Positions 1 to 12,784 of a stretch of DNA of 64,000 bases are shown here, one piece after another. The notes beneath the pieces were generated by a model. The model was not told the DNA's origin, did not search any database, and was given only the letters and a program-made list of their open reading frames with translations. The stretch's first letter is position 1. Each line of letters begins with the position of its first letter. The stretch spans positions 96,722,001-96,786,000 of the forward strand of contig NW_024704743.1 in NCBI RefSeq assembly GCF_018977255.1. The letters run 5' to 3'. This stretch comes from Callorhinchus milii (lineage: Eukaryota). The position numbers were made by a program, and so were the translations under genes.

Positions 1-33
1 GCTATATCAAATGCAAGGATTATTATTATTATT
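1..33 (+). mobile_element. 3' tail of tRNA-derived SINE (cut by window edge)
   Basis: gctatatcaaatgcaagg(att)n, identical to the tails of full copies. Confidence 0.85.
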
Positions 34-424
34 TTGTTAAATATAAGTTACTTTTGGTGACAATAAATGAAAATGTGCCATTCGTGAAGTTTAATTTCTT
101 TATGATATCCTAAGGTGGAATAACAATAGAAAGTTATTCTGACCTGACACAACAAGGTAAATCAGACCTGAGCTTGAAAGTGTGATTCCTTAACAGTGTT
201 AGAGCACTTTAAATAGTTTTCCATGGCAAAACCAGTGGTTGTAGTTACAGGAATGGTCAGAGGTGGCACCAAATGCCCAAATTAATCTGAACAAGGCAAT
301 GTGGAAAAATTATAACAACTTCAAAATTGATTTCCAAAAGGATTTCCTAGCTATTTCTGAATTGATGAATAAAGGATTGCTGCATGGCCTGGATGATGAC
401 TATTCAATGATAGACCAGGACCCT

Positions 425-722
425 ATAATAATAATCCTTGCATTTGATATAGCGCTTTTCACGTCGGGAGGACGTCCCAAAGCGTTTCACAGAATACACT
501 GTATATTTGTGGGCAAACGCGGCAGCCAATTGCGCACAGCAATGTCCCACAAACAGTCGTAGATTGAAAATGACCAATTTATTATTGCTTTTAGTTTTGG
601 AGGGATTATTATTAGGTGTGTGGAGTAAGGAAACTTGCCCAAGGTTTCGCCCTGCCTGGAATTGAACTCAGGTCTCTCGCTTGCAAAGCGAGTGCTCTAA
701 CCACTGAGCCACAGGACTCCAC
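425..722 (-). mobile_element. tRNA-Ala-derived DeuSINE-type SINE, near full length
   Basis: Reverse complement of the 2503-2825 family: tRNA head, Deu-like core, L2-type stem-loop tail, (ATT)n. Confidence 0.9.
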
Positions 723-765
723 CCTGAACTCATTAAAAAAAATTGATATTGTGATGGGAAGGCAA

Positions 766-1050
766 TACAACAACAACAACAACTTCACCTATATAGTGCC
801 CTCCACGCCAGGGAGTGTCTCAGAGTGCTTAACAATGGTAGAGCCCAAGGTCGAGCCAGGGGAGGAGGGGGAAGGTGACTGTAGGCGTGGTTGAAGAGGA
901 AGGTCTTCAGGCGCGACCTGAAGATGGGGAAGGAGGGCACGAGTCGAAGGGTTTGAGGGAGCTAGTTCCAAAGTTTCGGGGCATAGTGGCTGAAGGCATG
1001 GCCACTGATGGTGGAGTGGAGGATTCGGGGGATGGAGGAGGCCGGTGCCA
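766..1050 (-). mobile_element. L2 LINE 3' end
   Basis: (TTG)n tail, stem-loop, and ORF2 C-terminal remnant (ccaccatcagtggccatgccttcagc...ttggaact) on the minus strand. Confidence 0.8.
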
Positions 1051-1064
1051 ATAGACTGGGTATT

Positions 1065-1440
1065 CTAAAATGATGAGATCAGAAGGGCCTCTTCATTCAA
1101 ACCTCTCCTGTGATCTTGTGAACTCTTGTCCAATTCCATGCCTAGTGTTGTAATGTAAACACTATATGTTTTCAACAATGTACTTTGAAGAGCTGGAGTT
1201 AGACCTTGATTTTTGGATGCCTGGTGGTAACTAGTGCTCTCTCCAGATTATGCAGACTATGCTCCTCATTGATATACTGAGTAAATTTGACATTGTTCTT
1301 TAGAAGTGATCCAAAAGAGGCCACAGTGGATTGCAAGTCCTCAGTAAGACACCAATTTATGTACAAACCATTTGACTTAACAATGGCAGTCATAGAGTCT
1401 GTGACTCTAATGAAGATGGATTTAAATAAACTTAAACATA
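1065..1440 (-). mobile_element. Highly decayed CR1 3' fragment
   Basis: Weak resemblance to CR1 ORF2 C-terminus (VTTRHPKIK resembling RTRGH) and 3' UTR. Confidence 0.4.
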
Positions 1441-1469
1441 TACAAAATTGAAATATGTTGTGACTTTTG

Positions 1470-1710
1470 CACGTCTTTGGCCCCCTCATCCCCTTTGCTC
1501 CACCATCGGTAGCCGTGCCCTCAGCTACAGCCCCAAAACTTTAAAACTCTTTGCCTCAATCTCTTCACCTTGCCCCCTGCTTTGCCTATCTTCAGATTGT
1601 ACCTGAAGACCTTCCTCTTCAACTGTGCCTATGGTTAGCTCCTTTCTCTCCTTGGCTTGGAGTCAAGGTCATGGGAAGGAGTCTATATAAATGCAAATTG
1701 CCATTGTTAC
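1470..1710 (+). mobile_element. Decayed L2 3' end
   Basis: ctccaccatcggtagccgtgccctcagc...aagaccttcctcttc, tail ctatataaatgcaaattg. Confidence 0.7.
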
Positions 1711-1913
1711 TTATTTAAAAAGAGAATGAATTTCTCCCCAATGTCCAGGCTAATAATCCAAACCAGACGAATTAATCAGTCACCTCATTGCTGTTTGAGG
1801 AACATTGCTTTCACAAATTAGCGACACTATACTTCAGGAGCACTTACCTGTGAAGCACTTTGATGCTATAGGCACTGTATCAAATACAAGGAATACTAGT
1901 TTAGGTGGGGGTT

Positions 1914-2207
1914 ATAATAATCATAATCCTTGCATTTGATAGAGTGTTTTTCACTTCTAGACATGTCAAAGAACTTCACAGAATATACAGTAAAAAGAAT
2001 TGACTGTATATTGGTGAGCAAAACATGGCAGCCAATTGCACACAGCAGTGTCCCACAAACAGTCGTGGATTGAAGTGACCAATTTATTATTATTTTTTCT
2101 TGAGGGATTATTATCAGGTGTGTGGAGACTTGCTCAAGGTCTCGCCCTGCCGGGAATCGAACCCAGGTCTCTCGCTTGCCAGGCGTGTGCTCTAACCACT
2201 GAGCTAC
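1914..2207 (-). mobile_element. tRNA-derived SINE
   Basis: Same family as 2503-2825. Confidence 0.88.
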
Positions 2208-2502
2208 TATAAACTACTTAAGTTCCTCTGTTAAGGTTCGGATTTCCTCAGAATCTCTTGAATGAATCCGAGCCACATAATGACTCCCAGGTACCTGTAA
2301 TGTTCAACATGAGAATCTGATGTGCAGAAATCAAACCTTATAACTCACTGCTGGGATGGATGCTATGTTAACTGTCAGCAACAATAACAACAACAACAAG
2401 ATTTCATTTATAGAGCGCCTTTCACATAGGGAGGATGTCCCAAGGCGCTGGGGACATGCAGTAACATGCAGTCTTACAGAATTTATTTCAAAGGATGCAT
2501 CA

Positions 2503-2825
2503 GTGGAGTCCTGTAGCTCAGTGGTTAGAGCACTCGCTTTGCAAGTGAGAGACCTGAGTTCAATTCCAGGCAGGGCGAAACCTTGGGCAAGTTTCCTTAC
2601 TCCACACGTCTAATAATAATCCCTCCAAAAAACAAAACAATAATAAATTGGTCATTTTCAATCTACGACTGTTTGTGGGACACTGCTGTGCGCAATTGGC
2701 TGCCGCGTTCGCCCACAAATATGCAGTCAATTCACTTTACAGTATATTCTGTGAAGCGCTTTGGGACGTCTAGAAGACGTGAAAAGCACTATATCAAATG
2801 CAAGAATTATTATTATTATTATTAT
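2503..2825 (+). mobile_element. tRNA-Ala-derived DeuSINE-type SINE, full length (reference copy; resembles the dominant elephant-shark SINE as recalled)
   Basis: A box tagctcagtgg 2514-2524, B box gttcaattcc 2558-2567, anticodon-like arm ctcgc-tttgcaa-gtgag (TGC), core gctgtgcgcaattggctgccgcg, stem-loop tail and (ATT)n. Confidence 0.92.
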
Positions 2826-3119
2826 ATCAGGGTTTACCAGAAGGAAGCCTAGTATTGATCCCTGCCATCTTTGTGAGTTTTTATCCTTTCACAATTGAGA
2901 AATTCCACCTATGAAATGGTTAAAACTATAGCTATTATCTGAAGGCTAAAAGTGGGTACAGTATTAGTTCAGTTTGATGGTGGGATAATTAGGTCGCACA
3001 ACATACACTGTGAAAAGGAGCCTTAATGGTAGCCATAATGGAAGACCCCTGAGCTGCCCTTCAGATAGACTGTTATTTAGTCAGGATGGGATGAATTTAT
3101 ATAGAATTCCATAAAATCT

Positions 3120-3300
3120 ACAGCATCAAAACCACCCATCCACCCATCCGGCCGACCCCATATTCTTCTAATTCCTTCTTCCCGATATATGCATTGAGGT
3201 TCCTCTTAAATGCATTAATATTTTCTGCTTCAATCACAGCTTCTGGCAGTGAGTTCCACATTCTCATCACCCTCTGTGTGAAGAATCCCATTCTTACCAT
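3120..3300 (-). mobile_element. CR1 3' fragment
   Basis: Translates FFTQRVMRMWNSLPEAVIEAENINAFKRNLNAY, the typical CR1 ORF2 C-terminus. Confidence 0.85.
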
Positions 3301-3498
3301 TTGATTTAGCTGGTGTTGCTCACTGCAGTCCTTCTGGGCTTGTAGCTAAATGGAGTAACACTGATTAGAGCTCTCCTTTCAGAGGAACAAGGAACATGGC
3401 AGGCCATTATTTGAGCCTTCCTCACTAATAAGATGGAACCCCCACCTAGGGTGCCAACCCTCGATTGTCAGCACCTGGGGATGTCCTCCTGATGTGAA

Positions 3499-3730
3499 AG
3501 TCCTGTAGCTCAGTGGTTGGAGCACTCACCTCACAAGCGAGAGACCTGGGTTTGATTCCCGGCAGGGTGAAACCTTGGGCATGTTTCCTTACTCCACCCG
3601 CCTGATAATAATCCCTCAAGAAAATAAATAATAATTTGGTCATCAATCCACGACCGTTGTTCGACACTGCTGTGCGCAATTGGTTAGCCACGTTTCGTCC
3701 ACAAAAAGCGCTATATCAAATTCAAGAATA
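3499..3730 (+). mobile_element. tRNA-derived SINE with internal deletion
   Basis: Head and core present; most of the stem-loop region deleted. Confidence 0.85.
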
Positions 3731-4319
3731 ATAAAAAGGCACTATATAAATGACTTGTTGCTGGAACTCCCTCCAAAAATCCCTTCATTTGCACCTTCTC
3801 TCTCTGTACTTCAAATCTCTCTTAAAACCTATTTTGGACCACACCAGCTTCAGACACCTCCCTTCTTCCAATCCTGCTGGTGATCTACATTATCTTTGTA
3901 AAGTGCTTAAAGCTGTTATCCCATGTGGAAAAATGCTATAAAGTCCAAAAAGTTGTTGTTGGACATGTACCTGCACAGCCACCAGCAGCAGACCAGGCAC
4001 TAGAGGGATGGAGACAAACATCAAAGATTCGCAGCTTCTATTCTAACACAGGTTTAATGTTGAAGTTGGTTTTCTGTAAATTATTTTAAGAACTACAAAA
4101 AAAACAACTTCAACTTATAGACTGAATTCAGTAATTTGCCAAATTCTGAATGCTCTGAAATACTATGTTAATAGAGTAAAGCTAGACCCAGATACAATCT
4201 TACCCAACAAGTTGTAGAAGGACACCAGTGTGGATTCAGGAAAGGGTATGGTTATTAACAGGACATCAGTTTAACATGTTTTCACTGTGCCGCAATAGGC
4301 AGAGTTCCCTCCACCTCTG

Positions 4320-4916
4320 CCACACTGCCTGCCTCTGACCGTAACTTACACCAGACGCAGCTAAAAACACTTGCCATGTGTCCATCACCTCCCGCCTTGA
4401 CTATTCAATGCCCTCCTCGCCGATCTCCCCAACTCCACCATCCACAAAATCCAGCTAATCCAAAACTTCACCACCCACATACTCACCCCCATTAAACTCC
4501 GTACCCTCATCACACCAGTTCTAGCCAGGCTCCACTGGCTCCCTATTGCTGAATAAATCAATTTCACGATACTCACACTCGTTCTTCAAATCCCTTCATG
4601 CCCTTGCATTACTCTACCTCTTCTCTTCAACTCACTACCCACTGCCTCCGCTAGACTGGCTGCGGCCTCCTGGATGTCCCTTGTACCCTTCATTCCACGA
4701 TTGGTGGCCGTGCTTTCAGCCACTTCTCTCCAGATCTCTGGAACACTCTTCCTCCACCTTGCCCCCTCGTTGCTCATCTTTAGGTTGTGCCAGAAGACCT
4801 TCCTCTTCGATCGTGCCTACGGTCATCTCCTCCCTCCTCCCGGTTCGGCCTTGTGGTCCACCACTGTAACGCTCCGTATGTGAGGGATGCTATACAAATG
4901 CAAGTTGTTATTGTTG
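4320..4916 (+). mobile_element. L2 LINE 3' fragment
   Basis: Remnant ITSRLDY...KIQLIQN...VLARLHWLP of L2 ORF2, tail atacaaatgcaagttgttattgttg. Confidence 0.85.
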
Positions 4917-4939
4917 TGGATGTCCTTTAACAAGTTATG

Positions 4940-5170
4940 TTTTTTCAAGTGCTCAGACTTTTCATTCAACTGATCATAACTTACTGGCCTATAATTTTCA
5001 GGTATTTCTCTTGATCCTTTTTAAATAGTGGAATTACGTTAGCTACTTTGTAACCCTTAGGAATCTTTCAAATTTACTGAACATGAATTAAAATAGCACT
5101 AAAGGATCAGACCCATCTCTTTATACAGTAATTGTGAATGCAAATTATCTGGACCAATATTCTTGTCTGT
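4940..5170 (-). mobile_element. Decayed CR1 RT fragment
   Basis: Minus strand reads ANVIPLFK...PENYRPVS-like. Confidence 0.6.
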
Positions 5171-5567
5171 TTTAAGAGCTCCCATGTATGATTATATTGA
5201 GAATTTCTTGGAAGTGTTGCGTTCACTCACAAGATACACAGTCACTACACTTGCCAGAACATGCTGTGATGTGCTTGAGACATCCTCCCAACGTGAAAGG
5301 CGCTATACAAACTGTAAGGATTATTATTATTGTTAAATCCTTGCATTTAGTTTCTCTGGTTAATGTTTTGATTTTGAAACCTGCTTTTGAATCTCTTAAT
5401 ACATTACCCACTTTCCCCTCCTAGCAGATGTGTTAAAACCTTATCCTCAATAGTCCTTTTTACATCTATGTTTAATCATGTTTTTTTTCTCTTCCCCTAT
5501 AATTGGCTTTGATTTTTTCTCACCTGCCCCCAGGAGTATTTCAACTCTAATTATTTGATGTGTAGAC

Positions 5568-5856
5568 ATAATAATAATAATAATAATAATCCTTGCATTT
5601 GATATAGCGCTTTTCACGTCGGGAGGACGTCCCAAAGCGCTTCACAGAACACACTGTAAAGTGAATTGACTGTATATTTGTGGGCGAACGCGGCAGCCAA
5701 TTGCGCACAGCAATGTCCCACAAACAGTCGTTGATTGAAAATGACCAATTTATTATTGTTTTTGGTTTTGGAGGGATTATTATTAGGCGTGTGGAGTAAG
5801 GAAACTTGCCCAAGGTTTCGCCCTGTCTGGAATTGAACTCAGGTCTCTCGCTTGCA
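5568..5856 (-). mobile_element. tRNA-derived SINE, 5' truncated at anticodon loop
   Basis: Near identical to the 38791-39121 copy. Confidence 0.9.
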
Positions 5857-7570
5857 TGTAAAGATGTGTAAAGATATGTAAACAGATCTTAAGCCATTCC
5901 ATTGCAATCCTCTGAAAAGTTAATTTCAGCTATGATTCTGTGAAGTCGGCATCTGGGCAGCGTTCCAGAGCATCAGCCATGACACATCCAGGAAACACTG
6001 TTTAAAAACCCTTTTGTGAATCTCACAAACAAGACTCTGACGTAATGACCTGATCAGTCTAGACTATCACTCCAATGCAAAACTGGGGATGTGTTGCATT
6101 CTTGGAGGTGCCAACCTTTGGATGAGACGTTTAAAGATCCCATGGCACAATTTGTAAGAGAAGGAAGTTTATCCCACCTACCAACTGAGCCAGCCTGATA
6201 TCTGGCTTATTCCACTAAGCTATAACTCTTCTTCAGTTTCCCTTCCTCTTCCTCAGTAGGACTTTCAGTGTATCCAGTACCTAAAACCTAAATGAAACTG
6301 CAATGTCCTGCATTAATGCAAGTCTAACTACATCAGTTTATTGTGACCTAGTTCCTGCCCCATCTGTCTATCTCATCCTTCATTCCAGCTTCCCCAACAT
6401 GCCACTCAAGAACATGCTCCCCTGCACTGCTTCAGAGTGTCAGCCTAGAAACTATGAGTTCAAAATCCCAATGAGGGATTTGAACCCACAACCATCTAAC
6501 TCAGAGGTGAGCATGCTTCCAACTGAGCCAGGCTGACACCCAAATGGATCAGAAATATGTATATTAGTGGAATGAACAACGCTCAAATGTATGAGCCAGT
6601 ACAACCCCATGTATAAATGCAAAATATCATAAACACATTTGAAAAATCAATGAGGAACAATGATCATTAAAACATGCAGAAACGCAACCTCTTGCAAATT
6701 GGCCACCTGTAACCTAATAGTAGCAAACTATTTAATTCATTTCCAAAGCTGTCTCTTAAAGCTGTGCATGTCAAGTTCCACATCTCAATTAGATATGAAC
6801 TGAACATTCAAGAGACAGCATACACCTTAAACCAAGCCCTGAATCCTAATCCAAAAATGCAGAAAATGAACGCTGAAGTATCTGTGTTTTTAGACTTTGG
6901 ATTTAAGGCTTAACGTATGTAAACCATACATATATCCGTGGTTTGGGATAAGGTTTCCAATACACTTACTAAACTTTTTTGTGATTCATTACTCAGAATA
7001 GGATTCCACAGCTAACTATGGATTATCCTCTGTTTGCCTACTTGTAATCTGCATTCCTCAGCTAAGCGTTTTAAAATGAATGAGGATTTTTGTCAAGTTA
7101 AGTGATTGCACAAAACAGCACCGCTTCTGTGCTTCTCAGCTATTACTTTGAAACATACTCTGGAGATCAAGGCAATATTGCACATTGTCCAAAACCATAG
7201 AGGGCACTGTTTGTTCTTAATTGAAACTATACATGTTAAAAAAGATGAAATGTAAGCAGCTCTTATTGAAGTAGAATGTCTACTTATTTTATATGTTTTA
7301 TATAAGATTCATCAAGGAGACATAACCTCCCACAGATCTGATATTAATTCAGCTCCAAATGAAAGGAATTTTAATATCACTTGATATTTTTAATAATTTG
7401 GGATTAAGTTCTTTCAGAATCAAATGGTTTCTCTCCAACTTAACTTATTAAATGTTTTTGCGATTCATTATTCAAAATAGGACTGCATGGCTAACAGTCG
7501 ATTAACTGTGGATTATGTTTTTCTGATTTCCAAGAAGCAAAAGGTAATAAACATATTCAATTTCCCCATC

Positions 7571-7892
7571 ATACATAAAACACACACAAACACACACACA
7601 CATGTAAACACACATATTCAAACACAAACATACACAACTCACACACACAAAACACACGCACACACAAACATACACACAGACAATTATGCAGACACAAACA
7701 TGTAGAAGCACACATACTAAAATACGCACACCCATACAAACACACAAGCACACATAAAACACACAGACAAACATATAAACAGACCTAATTAGAAAACACA
7801 CACACACAAACGAACACATACAAAAAAAAACGCAAAAACACAAACACACCCAAAACATACAAACACTTCCCCCGCCCCCACCCCACACACGC
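7571..7892. repeat. Degenerate (CA)n-rich low-complexity tract
   Basis: Visible AC/ACA repeats. Confidence 0.9.
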
Positions 7893-8274
7893 AAATATAC
7901 ATCTTTATTGGATTGATATCATAAATACAGTACTGCTATATCATGAAATACTAAAAGGAACATTTGGTGTTTCAACACAAATAAGAGAAGGAAAATTAAT
8001 ATTCAATAGATATAACGGAAATTATAAAAGTTGTTTCCATTGAGGATACAGAAAAGCAGCAGAGAAGTAACCAGATTCAATTTTATTATTGTGACTTCCA
8101 TATGTGAATATTGAAAGTTGACTAATTTCTGATTTCACAAGGAGGCTGACTGTGTCAAAGTGCCAAAAAAAGTGTCCAATTCAAGAATTAATATATAAAC
8201 GTCCAGAGAGTGAAACAGTCTGATGGTGGTTTGCTTAATTTGCAGTTTGGCAGCTTTCTGAAATTTAATTTCAA

Positions 8275-8485
8275 TCCCTCCCTCCTTCCCATCGTTCAAG
8301 GCACATTTCAAAACAAACCTCTTTGACCTTATTCCCAAACCCTTTGGGCATTTTCCCTTCCTCACCCTACATGGCCCCCATCTCCAGTTTGGGTGCCGTC
8401 AAGCACTTTGAGACGTCCTCACAATGTGAAAGGCGCTATGCAAATGTAAATTTGTTGTTGTAAATGTAAATGTTGTTGTTGTAAT
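8275..8485 (+). mobile_element. L2 3' end
   Basis: ttcaaggcacatttcaaaacaaacctctttgac, stem-loop, (TTG)n. Confidence 0.75.
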
Positions 8486-8509
8486 TGTTGTATGGTACTG
8501 ATCCCTACA

Positions 8510-8826
8510 GTGGAGTCCTGTAGCTCAGTGGTTAGAGCACTCGCCTTGCAAGCGAGACATCTAGATTCAATTCCAGGCAGGGAAAAACTTTGGGCAAGTT
8601 TCCTTACTCCACACGCCTAATAATAATCCCTCCAAAAACAAAAAACAATAAAAAATTGGTCATTTTCAATCCACGACTGTTTGTGGGACACTGCTGTGAG
8701 CAAATGGTTGCCACGTTTCGCCCACAAATATACGGTCAATTCACTTTGCAGCATATTCTGTCAAGCGCTTTGAGACGTCTAGAAGACGTGAAAAGCGCTA
8801 TATCAAATGCAAAGATTATTATTATT
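8510..8826 (+). mobile_element. tRNA-derived SINE, full length
   Basis: Same family as 2503-2825. Confidence 0.92.
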
Positions 8827-9559
8827 TTGCAAATATTGTGAATTAAATGGAGGACAATCTAAAGAAATCAGGACTGAGAAGATCACAAATTTTTTGCTTC
8901 TTCCCCAGTGATCTTTCACAATCTAATCATATCTTCTTCAAAACAAAAGGATTCAGCAAACCTCCAAATGAGTCAACTGCGGCTAACCTCCAGACACCTT
9001 TAAAAAGTAGCAACTAGGTTGCCTCTATTTTGTAATTTAAAAAATAAAATTAAAAAAAACATTGGTCATATGGTTTCAATAATGAAATAGCTATATGCAC
9101 TAATATAATTTATGCATTTACCAAAATAAATGCACACATTCAAATGTAGTCTGTATTATGTTTCATCTTCCTCCTCTGACTTCTTTCCTCCATCTGGTCT
9201 CTGGATCTCATCAAATAATAAAACTCTGCCATTTTTTCCAAGTTCAATGCTCCAGCGTGAACATTTATGCTGTGCGCATACTTAAAACCAGGTTTAAACA
9301 GGTTTGAGGAACACATGGACACCGGACATCACATGAAAAGCAGTACATGAATGATAAGGCTCTATAATGCAATTATCCTTGAATATTTCACCAGTGAAAA
9401 TACAACTCAAAATATCTTGAATAAAAATGTTATAGTCAAATGTCACCTAATGGAATAAGAACATGTTTATTTGTGCTGGAGATATTGGTATTTCTAAAAG
9501 TGGCTTTGGTAAAGCACGTCACTGCTGATTAATTGTGGGCTTTCTTATACAGTGTTGTA

Positions 9560-9792
9560 TACTTTCCTATCCACATGCCTAATAATAATCCCTCCAAAAC
9601 AAAAACAATAATAAGTTGGTCATTTTCAATCCACGACTGTTTATGGGACACTGCTGTGCGCAATTGGCTGCCACGTTTCGCCCACAAATATACAGTCAAT
9701 TCACTTTACAGCATATTCTGTGAAGTGCTTTGAGACATCTAGAAGACGTGAAAAGCGCTATATCAAATGCAAGGATTATTATTATTATTATT
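9560..9792 (+). mobile_element. SINE lacking tRNA head
   Basis: Core and tail of the same family. Confidence 0.88.
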
Positions 9793-10361
9793 CAGTGAAC
9801 TTTCCTATACGGTAGTGAGGAGCAGCATTGGAGAATTGATTCAGGAGGATACACACTTCTTAATCTAGAAAAACATTTGATCATCTCACAACAGAAATTA
9901 CTGACATGAATTACACTGAGAATAATGGATCTCTGGGAGCAATTACAAGACAGTAATCTAAACAAAGGGTTCAAATGACAACATTACGGGAACAAAGTTT
10001 GAGTAGGTCAAACTGTTCGTCTAAATCATAGGTTCTAGTACTGCCTTGAAATCACTCCAGGGTATCTGTTTAATATATACTTAATATATAAATTTAATAT
10101 ATACTGTAAATGTAATGGGTGGTGTGATATATTTTGCAATAGTCTGGTAGTTACAGAATCAGTGGGTGTGCATTGTCATTACAGTGTGTTGCTAAGATTA
10201 AGTCAATTTCAAATGTTGTGCAACAATGTCAATTATGGGGCTATTTCCCAGTATAATTCTATTTATAAAGGAGGCAGCCCATCATCCACTTGTTTTCTTT
10301 AAATCTACAATAAACATTCTCAAGCCTGTTATTCAGGCTGTGTTCCAAAATAGGCTGATGT

Positions 10362-10538
10362 AAAATTGATCACTCAATCCACGACTGTTTGTGGGACACT
10401 CCTGTGCACAATTGACTGCCGCGTTTCGCCCACAAATATATAGTCAATTCACTTTACAGTATATTCTGTGAAGCTCTTTGAGACGTTTAGAAGATGTGAA
10501 AAGCGCTATATCAAATGCAAGGATTATTATTATTATTA
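10362..10538 (+). mobile_element. SINE 3' half
   Basis: Core and (ATT)n tail. Confidence 0.88.
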
Positions 10539-10679
10539 AACCAAGGTCCTATTTGCTTATTCAGTGGACATTAACTAACATTGTTCATTTACTTCATGGA
10601 TGTTTGCAGCACATTGCTGTATCCAAATTGGTTGCTGCATTTGCCCACAAAAACACGTTTTGATAATGAGATAATATGC

Positions 10680-11181
10680 AATTCACGGCCTTGCTCCCTC
10701 CTACCTCTCCAACCTACTATCCCCCTACCTACCTGCCCGTACCCTCCGTTCCTCTGGCTCTGGTCTGCTCCACGTCCCCCGCCCCAACCGCCCTACCATC
10801 GGTGGTCGGGCCTTCAGCCTCTCAGCCCCCAGGCTCTGGAACTCCATCCCCCAGTGCCTTCGCCGCCTCCTCCCTTTCCTCCTTCAAGGCCGGTCTCAAA
10901 ACCTTTCTCTTTGACCGAGCCTTCAGCTCCCCTCTCGACTCTCTTCCCCCTCCTCGCTCCCTCCCTTCCCTCCCCTCACCCTGACCATTTCCCCCTCCTT
11001 GCTCCCTCCCTTCCCTCACCCTGACCATTTCCCCCCTCCTCGCTCCCTCCCTTCCCTCCCCTCACCCTGACCATTTCCCCCCTGCTCGGGTCATGACCCA
11101 ACTGTGCAGCGCCTTGGGACGTCCTCCTGACGTGAAAGGCGCTTTATAAATGGAATCTTGTTGTTGTTGTTGTTGTTGTTG
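10680..11181 (+). mobile_element. Young L2 3' end with internal tandem repeat
   Basis: Near identical to 45372-45778; ~45-bp unit repeated three times in 3' UTR; (TTG)n tail. Confidence 0.9.
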
Positions 11182-12676
11182 CAATGTGAAATACAAGGAT
11201 TATTATTATTATTAAGTCACTGTTTTTGGTGCCTGGGTCTATCACATTTTGATCACTAAAATAGCAATATTTTCTGTTTAGTGTTTAGAATGGGAAATTC
11301 TGAACAAGAGCCTACAAAGAATTTCAAAAATGAATCAGCCAGGTTCCTGTCAGCTAAAAGGATTGAATGACATTAGATTTAAATAGAGGTACATCAAAGG
11401 AATTTTGTGAGAAACCAGATATATCAATGGTGTACTCTTCCTAAAATAATCACTAGTTTACAGTTGGTCTTGCAGTTCCTATGGGGTATGCAGAAAGGGC
11501 AAATAAATGAAACTTAAAGGATTTACTCATAAAGCAGTTGGCACAGACAAGATGGTCTGAATGGCCTGCTTCTGTGCTGTAAGTTTCTATAGTCCTATAT
11601 AGTCTGATCACCCCTCTTGAAAAAGATAATTGCCTAGTGCCCATTTCCAGTTATCTATTATTCTCTATATAACTGTATAATTGCATTTCTGATGTTTTTT
11701 TCCAAGAAGAGAAGATTAAATTTTATATAAAATTGAGTGAACAGGATTATCCTCATCAAAAGTTGATGGAAAGGAAATCTTTAAGAAGCGCTCTGGGACG
11801 TTATCCACGTGAAGAGCGCTATATAAATGCAAGTGTTGTTGTTGTTATCTTTACACTTGTTGCTATATAATTCTGGGTTTAAACGTACTGGGTCATTCCC
11901 ATCTGAGACATTGAATTTCTTGGACTCTGTTTTTCATATTGCCTGAGAATGTACTATAGTGGACCTATACCAGGGATAGTTATAATTGCATTGCTTTGTT
12001 TGAGGAAATCTATATCTCCTTGAGTCGCACTGAAGGTAATGAATATCTTGAAATGCTGTCAAACTCAAACATTATGACCCTTCAGACTCTTCTGTAACTA
12101 TCTGATCAATCACTTGCTGTAAATATTTGTATAACATGAAAGGAACTTCTACAAAGAAATCCTTATATGAAAGCAGTTTTCCCTAGTTTTTTCATACTTT
12201 TCAAAATTCCCTGAAATTTCAGAAACACATCCTGTTTGATCTCTCCTATGGCTCAATCTTTCAAGAAACATAGGAATATACAGCACCGAGAATACCCATC
12301 ACACCAGGCTCCAAATAAAATATACATGTAATTTTACATTAATCTATGTCTCTTATCAATCAATTTCTTCCCAAAATAGCTTGCTCAATTCCTCTTCACT
12401 TTGACAATCACTGCCTCCACCCTCAACCAGTCTCTCCACCTACCTGTCTAATCACTGCCTCCACCACCCAGCGTCTTGGGACGTCCTCCAGACAGGAAAG
12501 GCGCTATACAAATGTAAGTTTGTTGTTGTGTATGCTCAATACAGTTATCCTCAGTGTATGACCAGGATGCATATTATTAATGTTTCAGTGACATTTAATT
12601 TGACTGGATCAGGCTTGAAAGGGTTAAAGAATACCAAAATAGTACAATTGTCACTGTGAATACAAGTCAACATTGA

Positions 12677-12708
12677 TGCAATCTTGAGAGGAAGCCACTA
12701 GATGTCAC
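12677..12708 (+). promoter_or_regulatory. Candidate CTCF site with upstream module
   Basis: Core CCACTAGATGTCAC at 12695-12708 preceded by TGCAATCTT at a spacing typical of the CTCF upstream motif. Confidence 0.45.
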
Positions 12709-12784
12709 CAACACATTCACTAAATTGGCTGACGACCTCTAGGGGTAGAAGGTCATGACTACAACAAACATCTCCTTACTTCTA

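Noticed and set aside
2503..2575. tRNA-Ala(TGC) gene
   Set aside because: No proper acceptor stem; it continues into the SINE body and recurs in many copies.
2583..2852. Recurrent ORF MGKFPYSTRLIIIPPK... (also 5547, 8590, 38519, 38870) as a gene family
   Set aside because: Chance translation of the SINE, starting at TTG, with variable frames among copies.
7487..7894. Cys/Val-rich or His/Thr-rich ORFs
   Set aside because: Translation of a (CA)n tract.
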